Assembly (NCBI GenBank): GCA_965279515.1
Contig: CBDIID010000003.1
Coordinates: 992,001 to 1,056,000, forward strand
DNA length: 64,000 nt
Direction: 5' to 3'
Source: Turneriella sp.
GTDB taxonomy: Bacteria; Spirochaetota; Leptospiria; Turneriellales; Turneriellaceae
The translations under genes and the position numbers were made by a program. Positions 27,872 through 37,827 of this stretch are shown piece by piece. Position 1 is the stretch's first letter, and each line of letters opens with the position of its first letter. The notes beneath the pieces are model-generated. The model searched no databases. It saw only the letters and a program-made list of their open reading frames with translations, and was not told where the DNA came from.

Positions 27872-28432
27872 TTAGCGGCGGCGCTTGGGTTTCACCGTCG
27901 CCATTTTGGTCGGCTGCAGCTTGATGATCTCCGCGCCAGATTCGCCAAAATCAGCTTTGAACTCTTTTTCACGGTAACGGTTGATAAAATCCAGATTCTG
28001 CACAAAGCGGTGCACCGGCCGAAATACGGTGAGCACCAATGCCACAACAACGGCGAGTGATACGCCTGTGTAGATATAACCAAAACCCACAGTGACGCCG
28101 ATCGCGGCTGTGGTGAAGATCGTCGCCGCAGTGGTAATCCCATGGACTTCGCCGCCCGCATGCATGATAACGCCCGCGCCCAAAAAACCAATGCCCGTCA
28201 CAATCTGTGCGGCGATACGGCCCGGGTCACCGCCGAAGCGGCCGGCGACGGCAACAGAAAGTACCGCAAAGAGCGCCGTGCCCAAGGTGATGAGGATCGT
28301 GGTTCTGAGCCCGGCCGCCCGGCGGAAAATCTCGCCTTCGATACCGATGATCGAACCGGCGATGAGCGCGGCGACGAGCCGCGGCCCGTACTCACTCATG
28401 GTCTGCAGGAACGCGGTCAGATCTTCATTCAT
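27872..28432 (-). CDS. MgtC/SapB family membrane protein
   Basis: AGLRT, DPGRIAAQIVTGIGFLGAG, GITTAA. Confidence 0.93.
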   Translation of the reverse strand: MNEDLTAFLQTMSEYGPRLVAALIAGSIIGIEGEIFRRAAGLRTTILITLGTALFAVLSVAVAGRFGGDPGRIAAQIVTGIGFLGAGVIMHAGGEVHGITTAATIFTTAAIGVTVGFGYIYTGVSLAVVVALVLTVFRPVHRFVQNLDFINRYREKEFKADFGESGAEIIKLQPTKMATVKPKRRR

Positions 28433-29644
28433 CTACCAGAGAGCTTCGACAAATTCACGCACGCGGTTGAGGCCCTTTTCGATCTGCGCCTCGCTTGTCG
28501 CATAGCTGATACGGAAACCGTCTTCGTAGCCGAATGCCGAACCCGGCACGACAGCGACCAGTTTCTCATCGAGTAAGCCCTTCGAAAAAATCTTGCCCGT
28601 GTCCTTTTCGCCGGTGCGTGCCGCCAGCGCCGCCCAACCGGGAGCGGCCTTGAGACCGGAAATATCGGGGAAAAGATAAAATGCGCCGGCAGGTTTAAAA
28701 ACTTTGACGCCTTTAAGCCCCGAGAGCATCGAAAAGCCCAGGTCGCGGCGTTTCTCAAACACCACACGCATGTCTTCGACACACTGCTGTTCGGCGTTCA
28801 AAGCCGCGACGGCGCCGCGCTGCGAAAAGCTTGTCGCATTCGAGGTGGATTGTCCCTGCAGCATGTCCATGGCCGCGATAATTTCTTTGGGACCGCCCGC
28901 ATAACCCAGGCGCCAGCCCGTCATCGAATAAGCCTTCGAGAGACCGTTCACGACAATCGTGCGCGGCCGCAGTTTTTCAGACGCCGTTGCGATATTGAGG
29001 AACTCCACACCGTAGGTGAGTTTTTCATAGATGTCGTCGGTCACAACCAACAGGTCGGGAAACTTTTCGAGCGCCGCCGCCAGCGCGCGGATCTCTGCCG
29101 GCGTGTATGCGGCGCCGGTCGGGTTGGAAGGCGAGTTCAGGATAAAGACCTTGGTCTTATTCGAAACATGTTTCTCGATATCTGCAGGTGTGATTTTGAA
29201 GCCGGCCTCAAACGAAGTCTGTATCAGCTTCATCGTGCCGCTGGCGAGCAGCACGATATCCTTATAGCTTACCCAATACGGCGCGGGGCAGACCACTTCG
29301 TCGCCGTCGTTGATGACCGACAGGAAAAAATTGTACAGCACCTGCTTGCCGCCGGTAGAAATGATAATCTGGTTCGGCTGGAAATCCAACTGGTTATCTC
29401 TTTTGAATTTTTCAATGATGGCTTTTTTAAGTTCGGGAATGCCCGAAACCGCCGTGTACTTCGTAAAGCCCTGGTTCAGCGCTTCAATCGCCGCGGCCTT
29501 GATGTGTGCAGGCGTATCGAAGTCGGGTTCACCGGCACCGAAACCGACGATATCTTTGCCTTGTGCCTTGAGTTCGGCGGCGCGCGCAGAGATCGCGAGT
29601 GTGGGGGATGGTTCAATTAAATCGAGACGGCGGGCGAGTTGCAT
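28433..29644 (-). CDS. aspC: PLP-dependent class I aminotransferase (aspartate aminotransferase type)
   Basis: GAGEPDFDTP, NSPSNPTG, DDIY, SKAYSMTGWRLG. Confidence 0.92.
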   Translation of the reverse strand: MQLARRLDLIEPSPTLAISARAAELKAQGKDIVGFGAGEPDFDTPAHIKAAAIEALNQGFTKYTAVSGIPELKKAIIEKFKRDNQLDFQPNQIIISTGGKQVLYNFFLSVINDGDEVVCPAPYWVSYKDIVLLASGTMKLIQTSFEAGFKITPADIEKHVSNKTKVFILNSPSNPTGAAYTPAEIRALAAALEKFPDLLVVTDDIYEKLTYGVEFLNIATASEKLRPRTIVVNGLSKAYSMTGWRLGYAGGPKEIIAAMDMLQGQSTSNATSFSQRGAVAALNAEQQCVEDMRVVFEKRRDLGFSMLSGLKGVKVFKPAGAFYLFPDISGLKAAPGWAALAARTGEKDTGKIFSKGLLDEKLVAVVPGSAFGYEDGFRISYATSEAQIEKGLNRVREFVEALW

Positions 29645-29818
29645 GACTCCGCAATTAGAGGGCGAAACAGGCCGTCGAGCAGTTGCGTTATGGCTTTTCC
29701 GGGTCCAATTTCCCGGTTTCTGGCCTGATCAGGCAAAACCTCGGCAAAATCCTGCAGCCCTCACTCGTAGCTCAATTAAGGCTTTACAGAATGACAAAAA
29801 ACAGCCGGCTTGCAAACC

Positions 29819-30292
29819 ATGAAAAAAATGATACAACTTATCTCTTTATGCACTATCCTCTTTATGGCAGCTTGTTCGAACAGCTCTTCTGGCAGTTCGA
29901 GCAGTTCATCTTCTAGCAGTTGCACACAACACCGCGCCTTCTCACATACCCTCAGCTCCATGGGTACGTCACCTAACAATTTTGCAGTGTCTGGAACTGC
30001 AACCATGACCGTCACAAAAAACACCTGCCCCAAGTTCGCGAACGGTGTCGCCTCGGGCTCGACGACGCTGACGCGGGCGGGAACAACCCTGGCTGTTACT
30101 ATCGGATCTGACACGCTAACATTGCAGGTGCAGTCAGGCGGAAACAATCTGACGACTACATCCATTAACAATGACAATAGTTTTTGTAAGAACGCCTTAA
30201 CAAATATCACGGGCGCCTTAGCCTACCCCAACTCTTTCGCCTGGGAATATGACCTGACCGTCACGCAAATCTCTGGCTGCAGCGCTTTTTAA
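29819..30292 (+). CDS. Lipoprotein with a poly-Ser tether
   Basis: MKKM...MAAC lipobox followed by SNSSSGSSSSSSSSS. Confidence 0.75.
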   Translation: MKKMIQLISLCTILFMAACSNSSSGSSSSSSSSSCTQHRAFSHTLSSMGTSPNNFAVSGTATMTVTKNTCPKFANGVASGSTTLTRAGTTLAVTIGSDTLTLQVQSGGNNLTTTSINNDNSFCKNALTNITGALAYPNSFAWEYDLTVTQISGCSAF

Positions 30293-30339
30293 ACGTTGTC
30301 GTCGAAGCCAACCCGCTTAAACCGGGTTGGTGAAAGATT

Positions 30340-30528
30340 TCATCGGGTGCCGGGCAGTTTCAAGCTCAGGGCTGAAAGAAGAGTTTGCTCGACCGGTGTG
30401 GGCTCAGTAAGCGCATTCATCAGGCCATAGAAACCGACAGGTGAGGCATGCGCCATATCGCGCTCAATCTTGTCATCGAGCCAGCGGCCTATTAACTCAG
30501 GAATATGGGATGTCAGTGCTTTATCCAT
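30340..30528 (-). CDS. Small hypothetical protein (62 aa)
   Basis: Fills the intergenic gap; purine-rich sequence before the ATG; no recognisable motif. Confidence 0.4.
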   Translation of the reverse strand: MDKALTSHIPELIGRWLDDKIERDMAHASPVGFYGLMNALTEPTPVEQTLLSALSLKLPGTR

Positions 30529-30628
30529 CGCTTTCTCTTTATCTGAATTAGACGAAGTCGCCCGAAGAGCCACGACGGGTTTATCCCTAATATTCTTGCA
30601 ACATTATGTCTCATTGCGGCAATGCCGC

Positions 30629-30994
30629 ATGGAAATTAAAACCGTCTCGCTGTACGCGATGGCGGCCTTCTTTGCCGCAGCCGGCATAGGCCATTTTATT
30701 TTTACAAAATTTTTTCTGCGCATCATGCCGCCGTACCTGCCGTGGCATAAGCCGATCGTCTATTTAAGCGGTCTGGCTGAAATGGGTCTTGCAGGCCTGC
30801 TGTTAATACCGCAATACAGCGTCTGGTCCGCCTGGGGAATTATCGCGCTGCTCGTCGCCGTGTTCCCGGCAAACCTCTACCACCTGACTTCGGGCGGGGC
30901 GGGCATGCGCATTCCGCAATGGGCGCTGATCATGCGCCTGCCGCTGCAGTTTGTGCTCATCGGCTGGGCGTTCTGGCACACACGCATACCATGA
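30629..30994 (+). CDS. DoxX-like membrane protein
   Basis: AGIGHF...IMPPYLP...SGLAE...VFPAN...RLPLQ. Confidence 0.88.
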   Translation: MEIKTVSLYAMAAFFAAAGIGHFIFTKFFLRIMPPYLPWHKPIVYLSGLAEMGLAGLLLIPQYSVWSAWGIIALLVAVFPANLYHLTSGGAGMRIPQWALIMRLPLQFVLIGWAFWHTRIP

Positions 30995-31419
30995 AAGTCG
31001 CGATCGCAGCAGACCATGGCGGCTTTGAGCTCAAAGAAGCCCTGAAAAAAAAATTAACCGCATACGAAATCACAGATCTCGGCACCAACAGCAATGACTC
31101 GGTGGATTACCCCGACTTCGGTGCGGCCCTCGCGCGCCGTGTCGCCTCGGGCGAATTTGAACGCGGTATCTTGATCTGCGGCAGCGGCATCGGCATATCC
31201 ATCGCGGCGAACAAGATCAAAGGCATACGCGCGGCGCTCTGCCACAACGCCTACACGGCAGAGATGGCGCGCAAGCACAACGACGCCAACATCATTGCAA
31301 TGGGCGGCCGTGTTGTGGATGAAAAGACGGCCACCGAAATGACTGAAATCTTTCTGAAGACAGACTTCGAGGGTGGCAGACATGCGCGGCGGGTGGAGAA
31401 AATAAGCGCACTTGAATAA
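30991..31419 (+). CDS. rpiB: Ribose-5-phosphate isomerase B
   Basis: ADHGG, DYPD, CGSGIG, HNDAN, FEGGRHARRV. Confidence 0.97.
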   Translation: MKVAIAADHGGFELKEALKKKLTAYEITDLGTNSNDSVDYPDFGAALARRVASGEFERGILICGSGIGISIAANKIKGIRAALCHNAYTAEMARKHNDANIIAMGGRVVDEKTATEMTEIFLKTDFEGGRHARRVEKISALE

Positions 31420-31421
31420 TC

Positions 31422-31497
31422 AAACGCAGAGTACGCGAAGTTGCGCAAAGGGTTTGCGCCCCCCTTTTCTTGGCGGAACTCTGCGTACTTTGCGGTT
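31422..31497. repeat. Long imperfect inverted repeat (CGCA(G/A)AG-type REP-like element)
   Basis: 29-nt arms at 31422-31450 and 31469-31497, 23/29 complementary. Confidence 0.7.
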
Positions 31498-33151
31498 AAT
31501 CGTTTTGTCCCCAGCAAAATCGCTGACTGTTATCCTATTGTCTTCCATCCTCTTTCTGCTGCCTTTCGTCCAGGCGCAGGAAGGCACGCGGCCTGCGGCA
31601 ACACAGAGAAAAGTTTTTACCGCGGGCGATAAATTTCTCACACACTACAGCGAGAACATTGAAGAAATCAATACCGGCAAGGCAAAGGCTCTCCGCCTGG
31701 TCAGGCAACCGAATACCAAGCCTGTACGCGACGACCTGCTTGTTGATTTCGAAAGCGACGTGCTTTTTTCAAACCCCGCGCACCAGGGCCTGATCACCAA
31801 GGCCAGCGTCGATCGTGTGACACATAACGGCATGAACGGCCTCGCGGGTCACTTCACGCTGCGCGAACACAAGCTCGCACTCAAACTACCACCCTACCTG
31901 CACCTTGCAGGCAACGGGCAGACGCGCGAAACCGGTGATTTTTCCTTTGCCTGTGAGTTTGAGCCCGCAGCCGCTGATGGCGAACTGTTGCGGCGTGAAA
32001 ATTTTATCTCGGGAAAACAATACCTGTTTTCGATTGTGCTTGTGAATGGCCGCATCACGGTAAAATTCTGGAATCTGCTCGTGCCGACCGGCATTGAGGC
32101 GAAAAGGGTACAGGAAAGCGCGGAGCTCAAGGCGCTCGACAAGGTAAAAGCAGGCAAACGTAATCTTCTTGTACTGACCTATAACGAAGCTGCCGGAGTC
32201 ATACGGCTCGAACTCAATGGCCGTGAGCAGGCACTCTACAAGGCGCGGCGCGACGCTGGCGACCATTTTGTCCTGACGTTCGACAGCCTGGCGTCTGCGC
32301 CCTTCGTGCTGTTCTCGCCTTTCAGGGGTTATGCGGATAATATCTTGTTCTCGAACCGGGTTTTGACAGCGGAGGATATCCGCCATTATGGCCGCCTCGA
32401 CCCGTACGGAGACCGCTACGAACAACGCAAGGGAATACTGCGCAGCGGCGTATTCGACATGGGCTATTCGCAGAGCACAGTGACCGGCGCCGCGGCCGAC
32501 ACCGAAACCACGCGTGAGAATGATATGGCTGTCTTTGCGCGCTGCTTCGACCGGCGCTTTGACCCGGCGCTTTCGGAACGCGACCTGGCCTTCGGGAAAA
32601 TCGCCGGCTTCAGCGAAAAGAAATGCCGGTTTATCCAGTTCAAGGCGGTCTTTGCGGCCGACAATGCCGGGGACACATCGCCGCTTTTGAGAAATATAAA
32701 ACTCGAGTACCGGGCAAATCCGCCGCCCGACCGGCCACTGTTACCTAAAATCATTTCTGCGAAAAACGAAACCCTGGAAATCGAACTGACCCCCAATACC
32801 GAGCTCGATGTAGTGCGCGGCGGGCGCTATATCTTGTATTACGGGCACAAACCGCATAAGATCGAGGGCGCTGTATATTTCACGACGGCGACAAACAGCG
32901 GCGGTATATTTAAGGGAGAAAAGATTGCCCATAAGGTTCCGATCCGCCTGAAAATATCGAACGATACTCTGGCGCAGAACAAAGCGTGGGCCGATAAAAA
33001 TCCGCGCTTCAGGCACCGCTATCCGGTTTTAGAAACGGGCATCGGTTATTATTTCTGGGTGACCGCCTGCGACAACGCCTGGGGCGAGGCGCAGGAGCTG
33101 GCCGACCATGAATCACAGCCATCGGAAGCGGTTTTTGCCCGGTTCGAATAA
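31490..33151 (+). CDS. Exported LamG/concanavalin-like and Fn3-like domain protein (start uncertain: TTG 31412, 31490 or 31505)
   Basis: Signal peptide ending VQA; FRGYADNILFSNRVLT (LamG-like); YYFWVTACD...ESQPS (Fn3-like). Confidence 0.65.
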   Translation: MRLIVLSPAKSLTVILLSSILFLLPFVQAQEGTRPAATQRKVFTAGDKFLTHYSENIEEINTGKAKALRLVRQPNTKPVRDDLLVDFESDVLFSNPAHQGLITKASVDRVTHNGMNGLAGHFTLREHKLALKLPPYLHLAGNGQTRETGDFSFACEFEPAAADGELLRRENFISGKQYLFSIVLVNGRITVKFWNLLVPTGIEAKRVQESAELKALDKVKAGKRNLLVLTYNEAAGVIRLELNGREQALYKARRDAGDHFVLTFDSLASAPFVLFSPFRGYADNILFSNRVLTAEDIRHYGRLDPYGDRYEQRKGILRSGVFDMGYSQSTVTGAAADTETTRENDMAVFARCFDRRFDPALSERDLAFGKIAGFSEKKCRFIQFKAVFAADNAGDTSPLLRNIKLEYRANPPPDRPLLPKIISAKNETLEIELTPNTELDVVRGGRYILYYGHKPHKIEGAVYFTTATNSGGIFKGEKIAHKVPIRLKISNDTLAQNKAWADKNPRFRHRYPVLETGIGYYFWVTACDNAWGEAQELADHESQPSEAVFARFE

Positions 33152-33192
33152 GAAAAGTAGCCGACGGGCCATCCCCTCAATACCTTTGAGCC

Positions 33193-34101
33193 ATGGTTAA
33201 AAGAGTCTTTCTGTTTATTCTGACGAACATCCTTGTCGTCGCAACGATTTCTATCCTGCTGAGCGTCTTCGGCGTCACGCACTACGTCGAACGCGCGGGT
33301 AAGGCCTATCACCTCAACCTGCAGAAGCTGATGATCATCTGCCTCGTCTGGGGTTTCATCGGCGCGTTCATCTCGCTTGCGCTCAGCAAGGTCATGGCGA
33401 AGTGGATGATGGGCCTCTCGGTCATCGATCCGCGCAAAGCGTCGGGCATTGAAGCGCAGCTGGTAGTGACGGTACACCGCCTCGCGAAAGCCGCGGGCCT
33501 GACGACCATGCCCGAAGTTGCGATCTATGACGCCGAAGAAGTGAATGCCTTCGCCACCGGCCCCACACGCTCAAGTTCGCTCGTTGCTGTCTCCACCGGT
33601 CTTTTACGCTCGATGGAATGGGCAGAAGTTGAGGGAGTTTTAGGGCACGAAATCGCACACATCGCCAACGGTGACATGGTGACAATGGCGCTGCTCCAGG
33701 GCGTGGTCAACGCCTTCGTAATGTTCCTGTCGCGCGTCATCGCCTTTGCGATCAGCTCGGCAGTCAGCCGCAGCGACGAAGAAAATTCATTCCCACGCAT
33801 GCTGAATTTTATCCTGACGATTGTTTTCGATATCGTATTCACGCTCTTGGGCTCGATGGTGATTGCAGCCTTTTCGCGGTTTCGTGAATACCGCGCCGAT
33901 GCCGGCGGTGCTTCGCTTGCCGGCCGCCAGAAGATGATAGCCGCATTAGATCGCCTGCGCCGTACGCATGAGCAGGTTGATAATTCACAGGCTCCGGCAC
34001 TTGCCGCAATGAAGATTTCAAACAAAGGCGGATTTCTCGCCCTGTTCTCTACGCATCCGCCGCTCGAAGACCGCATCGCGCGTCTGCAGCGTGGCGGTTA
34101 G
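33193..34101 (+). CDS. htpX: Zinc metalloprotease HtpX
   Basis: NAFATG, HEIAH, FSRFREYRAD, STHPPLEDRI. Confidence 0.97.
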   Translation: MVKRVFLFILTNILVVATISILLSVFGVTHYVERAGKAYHLNLQKLMIICLVWGFIGAFISLALSKVMAKWMMGLSVIDPRKASGIEAQLVVTVHRLAKAAGLTTMPEVAIYDAEEVNAFATGPTRSSSLVAVSTGLLRSMEWAEVEGVLGHEIAHIANGDMVTMALLQGVVNAFVMFLSRVIAFAISSAVSRSDEENSFPRMLNFILTIVFDIVFTLLGSMVIAAFSRFREYRADAGGASLAGRQKMIAALDRLRRTHEQVDNSQAPALAAMKISNKGGFLALFSTHPPLEDRIARLQRGG

Positions 34102-34106
34102 GCTGC

Positions 34107-34340
34107 CTAGATTTCCATCTTTTTCTTAACCCGGTGCAGCAACTTCTTGTAGCTGCGCCCGAGACTTAGGAAGAGAAAAGTTAATCCCACGCCAATGGCG
34201 ATACAGGCTGCCATGATGCCACCCAATGGCAGATGTGCATTGATAAAGAAAATCTGAATCTGCACCTTCTGCCCATTCAACAGCAAAAATAAAATCAGCA
34301 AAAGCGCAGAGATAGCCAAAACATTCAGGCGTATCGGCAT
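34107..34340 (-). CDS. LapA/DUF1049-like small membrane protein
   Basis: TM helix, N...V.I.I motif, PLG, second TM helix, basic tail. Confidence 0.7.
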   Translation of the reverse strand: MPIRLNVLAISALLLILFLLLNGQKVQIQIFFINAHLPLGGIMAACIAIGVGLTFLFLSLGRSYKKLLHRVKKKMEI

Positions 34341-34367
34341 AACTTAAAACCGGGAATGGAGAGGCGC

Positions 34368-34394
34368 CGGTACGGCAACCTCGTTGCCGTACCG
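34368..34394. repeat. Perfect 12-bp hairpin (REP-like or RNA-stabilising)
   Basis: CGGTACGGCAAC-CTC-GTTGCCGTACCG with no U-tract. Confidence 0.55.
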
Positions 34395-34399
34395 ATCCA

Positions 34400-34663
34400 C
34401 TAAATCTGGCTCGTGTTTGCGCTGCCACACATCGGGCAGTACTGCGTGTCATCCATCTCGTCGTCTTCTTCTTCGAGATAAACTTCCCAGCGGTAGTCGC
34501 AATCTTCGCAGGCATAACTGACCGCGATCTCGCGCTCACCGCCTACGCCCTCTTCATCATCCTCTTCAGGATCTTTCGGGCGAGCTTCTTCGTCTTCGTC
34601 TTCTTCCCCCTCTCGGCCCAGATAAAGTTTGGGTCGGATTTCGTCGTCTTTCATTTCGAACAT
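34400..34663 (-). CDS. Small, highly acidic Zn-ribbon protein
   Basis: CEDC...CPMC; D/E-rich; AGGTG SD before ATG 34663. Confidence 0.75.
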   Translation of the reverse strand: MFEMKDDEIRPKLYLGREGEEDEDEEARPKDPEEDDEEGVGGEREIAVSYACEDCDYRWEVYLEEEDDEMDDTQYCPMCGSANTSQI

Positions 34664-34836
34664 GCACCTACGCGACGCCAAAAAGCGAAAAGGCGGGTCA
34701 AGTATTTTTGGCAATCTCTCCCTTTTTTGCTTATTGTATCAATAAGATACGTGAAGATCGCAATACATTTGACCGCTTATCCAACACACGACTTAAGTTG
34801 CTATCTTTCGCGCCGGCACTATGGAGATAACCAGCA

Positions 34837-36816
34837 ATGACACCACAAAAACAAGGCCCCTTGGGCTCGGGAAGCCCCAATAAAACGATGAAAAATATCG
34901 CATTAGTCCTCCTCATCGTCATCATGGCCGCCCTCACTTATGAGGTATTTCAGGAACAACAGGGCAAAGTCACCGAAATCCACTATTCCCGGTTTTTGAG
35001 TCTGGTTGAAACAGAATCGCTCGCCGTTACGGAACAGGCGCCGCTAACCATTCAGGGGCATAACATCACCGGTAAGTTTTTCGACAAAGAAAAAAAGACC
35101 GACGTGCTTTTCAAAACAGTCATCCCCTACGTAGACGACAAACTGCTCGATCTGCTGAAGACGCACAAAGTGAAATATTTCAAAGGTGCAGCCGTCGAAG
35201 AAAGTTTCTTCTGGCGCACAATCATGCCACTCTTGCCATGGATTGCCATCGTCGGCTTTTTCTGGTTCATGATGGCGCGCCAGGTGCAGTCGACCGGTAA
35301 CCGCGCGCTGACATTCGGCAAGTCGCGCCCGAAGATGGGCCCCGACATGAAAAACCGCATCACCTTCAACGATGTTGCCGGTGTTGAAGAAGCAAAAGAA
35401 GAACTCAAAGAAGTGGTGGATTTCCTCAAGGCCCCGCAAAAGTTCCAGGCGATCGGCGCAAAAATCCCCCGCGGTGTTTTGCTGGTCGGCCCTCCCGGTA
35501 CGGGTAAGACACTGCTCGCCAAAGCCGTTGCGGGCGAAGCGGGAGTTCCGTTCTTCTCCATCTCAGGTTCTGACTTTGTCGAAATGTTCGTGGGCGTCGG
35601 CGCAAGCCGCGTGCGTGATCTTTTCGGACAGGCGAAGCGCCAGACGCCGTGTATCGTGTTCATCGATGAGATCGATGCCGTGGGTCGCCTCAGGGGCGCA
35701 GGTCTCGGCGGCGGTCATGACGAACGCGAGCAGACACTCAACCAGCTGCTCGTCGAGATGGACGGCTTTGAAGAGAACGAAGGCATCATCATCATCGCGG
35801 CGACAAACCGCGCCGATGTACTCGACCCTGCACTCCTTCGCCCGGGCCGCTTCGACCGTCAGGTCGTCGTGGATACACCGGACGTGCGTGGCCGCGAGGC
35901 AATCCTGAAAATCCACAGCCGCAAGGTACCGATGGAAGAAGGTGCGTCGATGGATAAAGTTGCGCGCGGAACGCCGGGCTTCACCGGTGCCGATCTCGCG
36001 AACCTCATCAACGAAGCAGCGCTGCTCGCTGCGCGCCATGACCGCAAAAAGGTTACCGAAGACGATCTCGACCATGCGCGCGACAAGGTAATGATGGGTC
36101 CTGAACGGAAATCATTCCTCATCATCCCTGAAGAAAAGAAAATCATCGCCTACCACGAAGCAGGCCATGCAATTCTCGCCGAACTTCTCGAACACGCAGA
36201 GCAGATCCACAAGGTTACGATCATTCCCCGTGGCCGCGCGCTGGGTATCACACAACACCTGCCCGAACAGGAAAAACACATGCGCTCGCGCAACTACTGG
36301 CTCGACCAGCTGGTGGTATTCATGGGCGGGCGCCTCGCAGAAGAAATCGAATTCGAAGACGTCACGACAGGCGCCTCGAACGATATCGAACGCGCAACCA
36401 ACATCGCGCGCCGCATGGTGACGGAATGGGGTATGTCAGACCGTGTGGGCCCGATGCGCCTTTCCGGTTCAGACACGAATGCAGTTTTCCTGGGCCGTGA
36501 CTACACACGCCAGGGCGATCACTCCGAAGAATATGCAAAGATAATCGATACCGAAGTGAAGCGCATCATTGATACAGCTTTCGAACGCGGGCGCACGATG
36601 CTCAAAAAGAACAAAAAGCGCCTCGATCAGGTCGCGCAGGCACTGCTCGACCGTGAAACAATCACCGGTGCCGAGCTGCGTGAAATTATGAGCGGCCGCA
36701 AGCTGAAACCCCTGGCTCCGCCACCGCCGCCACCCGAAAAAAGCGGAGATAAAAAACCGCTGAATCCAACTCCGTCATTCGGACAAGACCTGCTGTCCGG
36801 GGCGCAGCCGGCCTGA
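34837..36816 (+). CDS. ftsH: ATP-dependent zinc metalloprotease FtsH
   Basis: Two TM helices, [22 protein letters not shown]. Confidence 0.99.
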   Translation: MTPQKQGPLGSGSPNKTMKNIALVLLIVIMAALTYEVFQEQQGKVTEIHYSRFLSLVETESLAVTEQAPLTIQGHNITGKFFDKEKKTDVLFKTVIPYVDDKLLDLLKTHKVKYFKGAAVEESFFWRTIMPLLPWIAIVGFFWFMMARQVQSTGNRALTFGKSRPKMGPDMKNRITFNDVAGVEEAKEELKEVVDFLKAPQKFQAIGAKIPRGVLLVGPPGTGKTLLAKAVAGEAGVPFFSISGSDFVEMFVGVGASRVRDLFGQAKRQTPCIVFIDEIDAVGRLRGAGLGGGHDEREQTLNQLLVEMDGFEENEGIIIIAATNRADVLDPALLRPGRFDRQVVVDTPDVRGREAILKIHSRKVPMEEGASMDKVARGTPGFTGADLANLINEAALLAARHDRKKVTEDDLDHARDKVMMGPERKSFLIIPEEKKIIAYHEAGHAILAELLEHAEQIHKVTIIPRGRALGITQHLPEQEKHMRSRNYWLDQLVVFMGGRLAEEIEFEDVTTGASNDIERATNIARRMVTEWGMSDRVGPMRLSGSDTNAVFLGRDYTRQGDHSEEYAKIIDTEVKRIIDTAFERGRTMLKKNKKRLDQVAQALLDRETITGAELREIMSGRKLKPLAPPPPPPEKSGDKKPLNPTPSFGQDLLSGAQPA

Positions 36817-36858
36817 GCCACGGATGCCTAAGGGTCGGCGCCTGACACGGAGGGCGTC

Positions 36859-37815
36859 TTGGGCGTGAACCAGCTTGACTCCCCCGGCCCGATCATCTAT
36901 ATCTTCTTAGATGGTGTGGGTTTAGGGGAGAATGACCCCGCTAAAAACCCCTTCGCGCGATTTAAGACGAAATTCTTTGGTCCGCAAGCCGGCCAGGCGT
37001 TTGCCATGCCGGGCGAGGTCATTGCGACAGACGCGCATATGGGCATCCCGGGCCTGCCACAATCAGCCACGGGCCAGACGGCGCTTTTCACGGGTTACAA
37101 CGGCCCTGAAATTCTCGGCCGGCATGTGAACGGATTTCCCACCTTCACGCTGCGCCCCTACTTCAAGGAGAAAAATATCCTGAAAGTGATGAACGATGCC
37201 GGGCTCAATGCGACCCTCATTAATTCGTATTCGAGCGTCTACCTGAAGAGGTTGCAGCACCCGCGCGCCGAGCGCATGCTCTCGGCTTCTTCGCTGATGC
37301 AGAAACATTCGGGTAAGCCCTACTTCACCACCGAGGATTACCTTGCGGGGCGCAGTCTTTATATGGACATGAATAACTGGTTTCTGCGTAAAAATGGCCT
37401 GGATGTGCCGTTCGCCAAGCCCTATGACAACGGACGCAAGCTCGCCCAAATCGCGCGCGGCTACGATCTCATCATCTATGAATATTTTTTCACCGACAAA
37501 GTCGGCCACGAGCAGTCGTTTGGAGCCGCCAAGCGCATCATCGGCCACGTCGACCAGTTCCTCTGCGGCGTTTGGGACGAGCTGGATCCGGCGCGCGAGA
37601 CCGTCGTAATCAGTTCAGACCACGGGAACCTCGAAGACCTCTCGGTGAAGACCCACACCCGTAACAAGGTGGGAACGTTTACCTACGGACGGCATCTCGC
37701 CGCCTTCAGGGATAATGTCAAAAACCTCGCGGATATCCCGCGCGTGATTCTCGACATTTTTGGTTTGCCGTTTGCCAGCGATTTCAAACCGAGTTCTACC
37801 GCCGCGCCGGCATAA
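36859..37815 (+). CDS. Alkaline-phosphatase-superfamily metalloenzyme (phosphoglycerate mutase/phosphopentomutase-like)
   Basis: FLDGVG, PQSATGQT, TDKVGH, SDHGN, HTRN. Confidence 0.85.
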   Translation: MGVNQLDSPGPIIYIFLDGVGLGENDPAKNPFARFKTKFFGPQAGQAFAMPGEVIATDAHMGIPGLPQSATGQTALFTGYNGPEILGRHVNGFPTFTLRPYFKEKNILKVMNDAGLNATLINSYSSVYLKRLQHPRAERMLSASSLMQKHSGKPYFTTEDYLAGRSLYMDMNNWFLRKNGLDVPFAKPYDNGRKLAQIARGYDLIIYEYFFTDKVGHEQSFGAAKRIIGHVDQFLCGVWDELDPARETVVISSDHGNLEDLSVKTHTRNKVGTFTYGRHLAAFRDNVKNLADIPRVILDIFGLPFASDFKPSSTAAPA

Positions 37816-37827
37816 CGGTGAGCGGCT

